A stretch of 63,075 nucleotides of DNA, filler included, from Octopus bimaculoides (taxonomy: Eukaryota), in assembly GCF_001194135.2 (NCBI RefSeq). It is 8 parts of 8 records of this genome, joined end to end, with 100 filler letters (N's around TTAATTAATTAA, not from the genome) between each part and the next. Parts side by side here need not be neighbours in the genome. Positions count along the whole stretch, not along the records: positions 61,060 to 63,075 come from NC_068997.1; 7 more parts are not named here. The stretch is one strand, 5' to 3'. Below, in pieces: positions 62,687-63,075 of this stretch (its first letter is position 1; the number at the start of each line of letters is the position of its first letter). The notes under the pieces are model-generated. The model did no database searches. It was given only the letters and a program-made list of their open reading frames with translations, and had not been told where the DNA came from. Both the position numbers and the translations under genes were made by a program.

Positions 62687-63042
62687 AATATGTATGTATA
62701 CATATATACATATAAATATATATGTATATATAGATATATGCAGAATATACACATAGACATATATGTATACAATATATTATATATATACTTATATGTATAT
62801 TTGGGCATACCTCATACATATACTCAACAGTAAAGTTTTTGTCCTTATGTGTTATATATGTGTGTGGGTGTATGCTCGTGTATGTATGTATGTATAAATG
62901 TATGTATGCATGTATGTATGTATGTATGTATATGGATGCACATACTTATATGCATTCATGCATTTACAAAGATACATCTGTCGCTAAATATTGGGAAGTC
63001 AAAAAAACCTGCTTTCCAGTTTCATCTTCAATGTTGATATAT

Positions 63043-63075
<33 letters not shown>

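Overview
This is a gap-riddled, repeat-saturated animal genomic window. The SINE families and the extreme (TA)n/(CA)n/(CT)n/trinucleotide load suggest a coleoid cephalopod, probably Octopus (inference). I recognise no intact host protein-coding gene, tRNA, rRNA or CRISPR array. Nearly all ORFs in the supplied track are read-throughs of N gaps or microsatellites. The window does support: (1) decayed retroelements, namely a Penelope-like element (PLE) GIY-YIG end, CR1/L2-like, RTE-like, L1/Tx1-like and R4/Dong-like LINE pieces; (2) many tRNA-derived SINEs, with my labels A = bipartite with an internal microsatellite, B = GGCGGCGAGCTGG-type, C = RTE-tailed, D = tRNA head plus TTGAGCAA motif; (3) an abundant repeat without a tRNA head (label E) that forms local tandem arrays; (4) a mariner transposase fragment and several MITEs, two of them piggyBac-like with TTAA sites; (5) local tandem duplications; (6) seven artificial TTAATTAATTAA gap spacers. 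The most interesting signal is five minimal type I hammerhead ribozyme-like motifs from four sequence families. One lies in the 3' terminus of the PLE and the others in short non-coding elements, and their 3' tails end at or next to (TA)n tracts. All folds and alignments were done by eye and need computational and experimental confirmation.
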